Assembly (NCBI RefSeq): GCF_009914755.1
Contig: NC_060928.1
Length of the DNA: 64,000 nucleotides
DNA from: the human T2T-CHM13v2.0 reference genome, Homo sapiens
Direction: 5' to 3' (one strand)
The notes below the pieces were generated by a model, which saw only the letters and a list, made by a program, of their open reading frames with translations, was not told the origin of the DNA and searched no databases. The position numbers and the translations under genes were made by a program. Shown here piece by piece: positions 55,227 to 64,000 of the stretch; the first letter of the stretch is position 1; each line of letters starts with the position of its first letter.

Positions 55227-57771
55227 ATATAAACTTCTGCATATAGAAATTAGGTAATAGGTATTTCCAGTTGGTAGATTTCTGATGATCTGCCAGTTGT
55301 TAATATAAATAGCTTTATAATATTTTTATTATAAAACCGGTCCCAATAGTAAAAAGTTAAATGGTTGATAAAGTTTCATAATTGCTTTTCTTGTAAAAAA
55401 TAGCTTATATCATAAAGCCCATACTTACGAGAGTAGGAGTTATTGCTTCATCATTTGCTTTTTATAATATAATTAGGTTGCATAATATTATTATAGTTAT
55501 TTGAACTGTTTGAAATCTACTTGACATCAGATAGTTCTGTAATATGATCCAAGTCCTTTGTCTAGTGCATGAATAAAAGATTATACCATGTCTTGTTCAT
55601 TCAAAATAACTCAGCAGTTTTGAAGTTTTAACAGTGCAGTAAGACATTTGCTAATAAAAAATAGTTTGTCTTTGAAGAGAAATAACCACAAACAAGCTGT
55701 GACTTAGTGAAATAAATATATAAGAAATATAATGAATGTAATTTTTATATTGCTGAAATGCACTTATTTCTATGATTGAATGTTTATGTGTGTTCAAACC
55801 TAAAACAACATTTGTGAATTTAACCTAAATGTATTAAATAATATATAAAGTAAATAATAGCTTAGTATGGTTGGGAATGGCTTGTTACAGTATCTGTGGT
55901 AAATAAGAGCTCAATCAATTTTAGCCATTGTAATTATTGCCCTGTCTTTGCACCTGTTGTTCCTTCTTTTTCCTAACTTGTCAAATCTGACTCCTCAGGG
56001 AAATACACCCATATATTACAACAGTCTTTGACTTTGTGAATCTTTTAAGATTTATTTCAGTGTATTATCTATTTTATTCTTTGAACCTGAAAATGGGTAT
56101 TTGGGTAGATGTGTCCTTTGGATAGTATAAGAATTGAACTGGGCATATATATCCTTTCTATATCATGGCACCAATGGGAGATAACAGAAGAAAGTAAATG
56201 GATAAGCATACTTAAAGAAATGAAAACATTTCATATGATAGGGCATTTTGGTCATGCTGAGAAGGAAGCCAATATATAGATATGCCTCATGTACATTCTA
56301 TAACACTTTTAAATTATTAGCTAAAATAGCATTAACTGGTTATTGCATAGGAACAGAATTCTGTTGTAAGCTATTTTTTAATACATTCCCAGTAGCCTAA
56401 GCTTGAGAGAAATGATAATTTTCAAGGACATATTTAAGATGACTCAAACCTTGGCAAAAATGAATTTTTATAAAGCACAGTCATTTCTTTGGTGAACCAC
56501 TTTTTAACTTACAGTATGTGTCATAAACCTAAAAAAAGTTTCTTCATATTAGGAAAAGACCACAGGATAAGAAAATGGAATCAAACCTACGGAACATCAA
56601 ATATTAGCTCTATGAAAAAAAATAATATTGTAGGAAGAAATTAAGCTATATTAATTCTGAGGCAGAGCTAAATCCCAATGAACTTTATTTTTTATTTTTA
56701 ATTATAAAGGCCAAATCCATTATTGAGCAATACAAATATCATTAAAACTATATAACAGAAACTCATTATTTCTGCCTTTAGATATACCTGTGCTAATATG
56801 ACCTTGTGCTAATTCTCTGAGTTTTATATTTTTCTTCTCCAAATCACATTCACTTTAAAATTTTTCTTTCACATTTGAGAGGGACTCAAATCCGTAGTTT
56901 ATTAAGATAATATTTAAATTTAATTTTGAGTACATTTAATTTTAAATAAACTAAGAATATCGGTCCTCTAATTCAGACAAAAGGCATATATTTAACCCCT
57001 TTTCCAGCCATTCTCCACCTTAAGAGCATAGTGCTTGGCAGGGATTTCACTTCTGGAATCTCTGTCTTAGAGAGTTCAGAAAAATTTGACCTGGCCCACT
57101 TGAGTCAGTGTCCTGATGCCCAGCAGTCTTAGGAAGTGTTTATACTATACCTCATCCTACTTCTTACAGAAATTTAAGAGACATGGTTGTCTGCTTTTAC
57201 AAATCTCAAAACTCAAAAGCGCAGAGAGATTTTTAGCTAGAAAACATGGTTGTGGGCTAAAATGTAATACCAGATTATTGAATTCGATAGTGCAACTTAT
57301 TTTAAATTAACCATAGCCTTAAGTATAGATCTCTAAATTAGTTGATATGCAAAAGCAGTTCTTTCACCCTCATTTTGATCAGTAATAATGAAAATAAAAC
57401 ATTTTTCCTGGTGGCAGACAGTAGAAGACACTTATTCTACTCTATCTGGACTAGCAGCTAGTAGCCTAGTCAAATAGTAACTAAAAGCAATACATTATAA
57501 AAAAATTAATGTGTACATACCTTAAAAGTTTTTACTTGAAACATGTTAATATAAAATAAGTCTTAACTAAAAAAAAAAAAGACATGTATACCTAAAATAT
57601 TTTAACTGAAAGCATATCGAAATAGAGTAGAATCTGTCTTAACTGACCTGATAATTTACTCACCATAGTTCTTTGGCACTCAATGAACAATGAACTAATG
57701 ATTCCTAATATTGGTGAAATATGGGGTAAACAAAGGTAATATACTTTGAAATACCTGATAAAGTCAGGTTG

Positions 57772-57908
57772 CTGTAGTCCTAGCTGCTCAGGAGGCTGAG
57801 GCAGGAGAATCACTGGAACCCAGGAGGCAGAGGTTGCAGTGAGCTGAGATCAGGCCACTGTACTCCAGCCTGGGTGATAGAGTGAGACTCTGTCTCAAAA
57901 CAAAAATA
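57772..57908 (+). mobile_element. 5'-truncated AluS (right arm only) with TSD
   Basis: Starts at 'ctgtagtcctagct'. TSD aaagtcaggttgct (57760-57773) / aaagtcagcttgct (57909-57922). Confidence 0.92.
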
Positions 57909-60509
57909 AAAGTCAGCTTGCTTAAGATGTATTGCCAAATGAAGTATGGGTGAGACAATTATAAAAGTTCTGAAACTATTTGGAAGATAGTATTCTCTTT
58001 TGTCTTGAAAGAAATAAAAACTCTAGTCCATTATGAATGATAATTTTCTAATGAAATTAACTCGTAACTAGTAAATTGATCTATATTTATACTGTTTCTT
58101 TGAAACAAGTGACAAGTGGAATTATTTTAGAGTTAAAGAAGCATGATTTCTCCAACGGATCCCTACAAGTTTCAAAAAATATTTCTGTATTTGGGTGGGG
58201 GCAGAGAGAGGAAGAGAGAGAGCATGATGGAGCAATTGGATCAAAATGTAAACAATTTATCCATGCTATGTGCTCTACCTAGACGTCTTATTCTCTTTGC
58301 CATGCTAACTCGTGCATTCTGCAGCTCTGAGATTAAAGGTCAGCTTCCATAATCCCCTGATTTGGATGAATACCCCATTAGATATTCTCATAGCACACTG
58401 TATTTCACCTATGTGGTCTTTCAGATTTGCAAGTTAATTGATAAGTATACAATTATTGGTGTCTTAACTTTCCCTTTGCTAGATGGTAAATTCTATCAAA
58501 GAGTTACTCATTTCTCTATCCCAATACCCAATTCAATGGTAAGCTTTTAGCAAACTGGATTAAACAAAAGAATAGAGGGTAAATAGTTCTTCCTCATTCT
58601 ACGTAAAAAGTTAGGCTTAGGAATTTAATAAGACAGTGGATGAAATATTTTCCTCACACTTCTGTATTCCTCCACCTCAAAACATGTATATCTCTCCTTT
58701 CCATTAAACATTTAAACAGTGTTTCTAACAAAAGGCAAAACGGACTGCTTATTCCCCATGTTTATGTATGCCTTGAGCAAAGATACATGATTAAGAATGG
58801 GCATATTGTCTATCTAGGGCTACATTACTGGATGGTGCAGCTAGATTTCGGGTTTTGTTAGGACAGAATAGGAAAGTAGCCAGTGCACATTACTGAAGGA
58901 ATGGAGATGATTGAGAAGAGAAAACAGATGGCAGAAGATAGTATCTTGCTGTGATATAGCACAGAAGTTGAAAATCGTTGGACTGTATAACTGATTTGTT
59001 TGGGCTGCTTAGTAATTTTAAAATAATTAGATTTGATTTTAACATTTATAGTCAAGAAGGTTAGCATTAAAAAAATCACAACTTTTCTCTTTTCTTGAAA
59101 AACTGATGGAAAATATTGAACTTGCATTTGTGTGCTCAGCAACAATTAGTGGAGCTGAGTGCCTGCCACTCACTTTTTACCGGCATATATTCTTCAGTTT
59201 GCCAGGTTTGCTAACCTGCATATTTTACTCATTTATTTATTTGTCTGGCCTCTGTTGACATTTGAATTTATAAATCCTGCTACGTAGGAATTTTAAAGAG
59301 CCATGAAAGTAGGAATATTTTGTGAGGCTAAACTTAGGTTAATCAAATTAGTATTTTACTGAGATCGATTTTAGAATTATTCTACATTTTTAAGTGTCAA
59401 TCTATATTTACTGATCAATGAGACATGCAATTAAAATTATCTCTGTTTTTTAACTGGATGTAGGCTTTACATCTGTCTTCAACTTGAAAGCTATGGGATT
59501 TTAAATGCTCACTATTTTTTACCCTGCTAAAAATGAACTATCGATTATAGAGTATTACTACAGTTCATTTTGTGGTGTTTGGAGACTCAGGGAAGTTTTC
59601 TATCACCTTGAGAAAATATGTAATTAAAAGTGGGTTGTTGACAGTATTACTAAACAAACCACTGACTCTTTGGGAAGCAGAAGTCTAGAACTAAATTGGA
59701 AATAAAGATGTCTGCAGGGAAATGGAAATTTGAACATTTAAGTAACATAAACTTTGATCTCGCTTTCAGTTAAATAAGAATCTCTTACATTTGATCAGTC
59801 CATATTTTTTAAGTATTTTAAGACTTACTATTGCAATTTATCCTTGCAATAATTTAGGTGTCTCAGAAAAGAATTATTATTATTACCAATTTACAAGTGG
59901 ATAAAAATCCCAGGAAAGTTAAACATGGCCCAGGGTGCATAATCATGTATTTATGGAGCAAATAAGAGAATTCAGTTATTTCTAATACTATTTTCTAATA
60001 TAATAGTTTATATTTGCCATTTATTCAGAATAAAGCTTAAAAATACCTATAAGAATTATGCAATGGCCATATTTAAAAATATATGAAGCACACTTACATT
60101 AAAAAAAACACTAGTAGAAGATAAATAGATGTAATACATATTGAGATGTTTTGATTTTTATACGTGAACAGTCTATTTGGTTTAGAGATTCCTAACAACC
60201 AAGATAAAAAGAAGGAAAACATAGGTTACATATTTTTGTTTCATTTAAAGGAAAGCTTATAATACTACCTAGGGAGATAATTATTTTCTGAGAATTAATT
60301 ACTAAATGAAATATAATACATGGATGGCCTGTGTATTATATATTTTACAAATTGAAAAATTTCATACAAAATGTTATTATGGCTATTCACTTTTAAAATA
60401 TATTCTTCAACATTTTGAAGAAGTAATATTGCTCTACTTTTTAAAATAATATTTAAACTGTTATATGTTTTTAGCAGAAGATGAAATGATACTGCACTTT
60501 CTAAAAATA

Positions 60510-60681
60510 ATGTTAATATTTATTGAATACTTGCTGTATAATACACTGCTCTAAGTAGCTAATATGTACTAAATCATGTAATCCTCACTATAATATCAAG
60601 TATAGGTATTTTTATTTTACCTTTTACTGAAGGTGAAATGGAGATATAATGTAAAATAACCTGCCCAGGGTCACAGAGCTA
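60510..60681 (-). mobile_element. MIR (MIRb-like)
   Basis: 'atatttattgaatacttgctgt..ctaagt..taatcctcac..taggtatt..taacctgcccagggtcacagagcta'. Confidence 0.8.
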
Positions 60682-60682
60682 C

Positions 60683-61122
60683 GGTATTATTTAGCTATTA
60701 TGCCTAGGACAGTATAATGAACCATTCAAATCTATCAGTGGCTACATTACTTCAAGCTAATTAATTTTATGTCCATTGCTTAGTAGGTTGGCTGCAGCAG
60801 TTCATCTGATTTGGGCTGGCCTACGCTGGCCGAACTGAGTGCTAAACTTTGGGTTTGGTTCAGATCTGTTCCACATGTTTCTCATTTTGGGACCTAGGCA
60901 AAAAGGGTGTTGATTTAAACGGGGTGCTGTTCCCATGAATGGTTCTCTCAACAGGGCTAGCACCAACCTAATCTACGTCTAAAAGCCTCAGCTCATATCC
61001 AGTACCTGCATTCCATTGGCAAAACGGGTCACAGCTCAGCATCAGAGGGGCAAATTAGTATATACTCCTAAAGTTAAGCCATGACAAGTCTGGAAAAAAG
61101 AAATTTTGAACAATATAGCACA
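60683..61122 (-). mobile_element. MLT1H/I-like LTR
   Basis: 'tcagtggct..tctgatttgggctggc..ggttcagatctgttccacatgtttctcattttggga..attccattggc..gtcaca'. Confidence 0.7.
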
Positions 61123-61184
61123 GCAAGGACATAAATCTAGGCAATGAGGTTCCACAGCCAATACACTTTTTTCCTGCACTCTGC

Positions 61185-61445
61185 TGTTTTTTATTGTATT
61201 ATATTAATAGATTTACTTATATTGAACTATCCCTACATTTTGTAGTTAAATACTTCAATGACAGCTTACAGTATTCTTTTAATGTATTGTTGAATTCTAT
61301 GCTAATATTTTTATGCTTCCGTATGTATATTCGTAAGTGAGACTGGCCTGTGGTTTTGTTTTCTCTATTTTTCAAATTAGATTTTAGTATCATCAGGGTC
61401 ATGTTTGCTGTGTAGAATAAATTTAATAGCTCCACATCTATTTAT
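61185..61445 (-). mobile_element. Old L1M ORF2 fragment
   Basis: 'atattgaactatccctacatt..gctaatatttt..gtgagactggcctgtggtttt..ttttagtatca'. Confidence 0.7.
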
Positions 61446-62001
61446 AATATTCCAGAGAAACAAAAGTGAATAGCTACTTAAAACAGAAAACGTATGTGAG
61501 ATTATTATGCAAATTGAGGATGGTAATACAAATATAAACAACCATAATTAAAAATAGCATTTAATATGTAAGCAGTCTAGGAGAGATTGTGCTGGATGTT
61601 AAATATGTTCTCATTGTTTTCTCCTAATTTAAATAATCCTTCTTATTTAATTATTTTTTTCTGCTCAATTAATTTATAATTTTCTTCTTATGTTACCTTC
61701 CATATGCTGATCCCTGATCAGTTATTTAAAGTAAGATGTCTGTAATTGTATTTTACATCTTCATTTTCTTTATCTATAAAATTGAAAAGCTGAATGATGA
61801 AGAATTGAACATCATCATATCTAATGTGTGTGCTTGTTTTTAACTGCAGCATTTTTGTATTATAATCAATCTTCTAAATCTTAAGATTTAGATTACATGT
61901 AGCCATAATGAAAACATTTGTCTGAGAGTCTGGTAAAAAGGCATTAAGGGAAAATTTATCAAATTCACTCAATTATTTTTACTTTTTTAAGAAAGGCAGA
62001 A

Positions 62002-62205
62002 CTGATGTAATGGAGCTGGGTCATACCAGCTCACAGGAGACTATTTATACATCCCTTACTAACATTGCAAGTAGTAATAATATGTTGGTAGCTTGAAATG
62101 GGCCATAGTGGGAGTAATTACATTCAGGAAATACAAAATACTAGAAGTCAGAGCTCCCCCGTTCACCCAAAGTCCTTAGGGAGCCTATTTACCAGCATAT
62201 CACTG
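62002..62205. mobile_element. MER63A-like (hAT-Blackjack)
   Basis: 'tggagctgggtcataccagctcac', 'gttggtagcttgaaatgggccatagtgggagta' and the end 'atttaccagcatatcactg'. Confidence 0.8.
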
Positions 62206-62864
62206 TTTCTATATCATGTTCCCAGGCTTTAATTATATCTATTTTAAGTAGATATGTATCTATAAAAGCTTATTTTTTCATTTAATTTAAGTTTCTTTTA
62301 TCTAAAATATATATTCTCATTTACTCATCTGGCTATTGCACACATCCTATGTGCTTACTGTGCTGGGGCAAGAACATAGTTACAATTTCAGTTTTCTTAT
62401 TTTCTACTAAATAGGGGCCATACAATATTTACTATGAACACACATAAAAGACACTCTGTTGTGTTAGTTAAATGAATGCTTTTACCAGTAACTTTAACCC
62501 CAACATAATCTCAGCTCCAAGTATCCAGTTTTCTAAGTTTTCTAATTATGACTTTTAATGTTTTCATTATCTCATTTCCCAAAATTATTTGATCCCATGC
62601 AAACCAATGACTCTTATCAGTTTCTCATTGTCTCCTGAAAACCCTCATGCCTTCATATCTCTGCTAATAAAATTTGGATTCTATGGCTTATAATTAGAAT
62701 GGCAATCTTGCATAAGCCTAAATTTTCTCTTTTAATCAATTTATTCAACTGGACCGGCAACCTACAATTTAAAGAATTCAAATCCCCAGCCTTCTATTGT
62801 GTGTAGCTGAACTTGTCTAAAGAAAAGCACACAACTTTAAATGTATACCCATTAATAATAACAG

Positions 62865-64000
62865 GGCCCTTAATACTGCCTTAACTGTGCTCAAAGAGCT
62901 AAGGAAAATTATGAAGAAAGAACTTAAGAAAACAAGGAGAATGATGTACCATTACATAGAGAATATCATAAGCATATAGAAATTATAAAAATGAACCAAT
63001 AGCAATTCTGGAGCTGAAAAGTGCAGTACATGAAATGAAAAGTTTCCTATAAGGTTTTAATAACATATTTGAGCAGACCAAAAAAAAAAAAAAAAAAAAA
63101 GAACCAGGAGAGTTAATGATAGAGCAATTGAAATTACCCCACCTGAGGAGAAGAAAACAAATAAAGATTTTTTTAAAATGGACAAAGACTAAGTGACATA
63201 TGGGACACTACCTAGTGTGGCAACATAGAAATTATGGGAATCTAAGGAAGAGAAGAAAAAGGTAAGAGAAAATATTTGGTAAATTTCTAAGTTTGATGTA
63301 AGATATTAACATACACGTCTAAAAAGCCCAATGGACTTCAAGTAGGATAAGCTTTAAAAGATCCAGATGGACATATTATAATCAACCTGTCAAAAGCCAA
63401 AGACAAAGCAGCAAGTCAGAAGTGATCCATCCTGTGTAGGAAATCCTCAATAAGATAATAGCTAATTTCTCATCAGAAACATTGTGGCTAGGAAGCATTG
63501 GATTGATTTATTTTGTCAACCAAAAATTATATACCTGGGAAAACAATCTTTGAAAAATAAAGAATACATTAAGACATTTAAAGATAAACAAAAGCTTTGG
63601 TAGTTCATTACCAATACTTCTTTCCTACAAGAAATGATAGAAGGAGACTTTCCCTGTGAAATGAAAACATGGTAGATAACAACTTTATGCCATAAGAAGA
63701 AATAAGAAACACTGGTAACAATAACTAAATAGCTAAGCCAGTATTTGTGTACATTGAGTTTCTAATACTTCTTCTTTTTCTACATAACTTAAAAGAAAAA
63801 TGCATAAATTTGTCTTAATTGGCACCCAATGTAAAAAGATGTAATATGTGACAATAATAATTTAAAAAGTAAGGACAGAGATGTGTAGTAGTGTTTATAT
63901 ACCATTGAATCTACGTTATTATTATTTAAAGTAGGTTGTTATACAAGTAAGATATTAATTTCAGCCCTAAGGTAACTATTAAGAAAATATCTAAAATATA
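62865..64000 (+). mobile_element. Old L1M ORF1 region (L1MC/L1M4-like), running off the window end
   Basis: 'aattctggagctgaaaagt..tgaaatgaaaa', 'atttgagcag', 'tgggacac', 'caagtaggataa', 'acatattataatcaa' and 'gctaatttctcatcagaaac'. Disabled by stops and frameshifts. Confidence 0.85.

Overview
This is primate, most likely human, nuclear DNA. It is AT-rich, strongly CpG-depleted and has no CpG island. I found no supportable protein-coding gene, RNA gene or processed pseudogene. The supplied ORFs are Alu, L1, LTR or microsatellite read-throughs, or chance ORFs. Roughly half of the window is recognisable interspersed repeat: 13 Alu/FLAM copies, many L1 fragments in both orientations, L2, MIR, MaLR/ERVL/ERV1 LTR elements and DNA transposons (MER1A, MER2, MER3, MER5A, MER63, Tigger4). 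Four structures stand out. (1) An essentially full-length ~2.74 kb Tigger4/Zombi whose DDD transposase is still readable and which sits inside a MER3. (2) A four-level nest L1M > MLT1E > MER41-like ERV1 > AluY, in which the ERV insert has only one LTR yet a clean 5-bp flanking duplication. (3) A near-perfect 37-bp-arm AT-rich hairpin at an L1 truncation junction. (4) An ERVL integrase/dUTPase remnant with its LTR16. I see no evidence of a novel biological system. Repeat subfamily names come from recalled consensus sequences, not a database search, and boundaries of old repeats are approximate.
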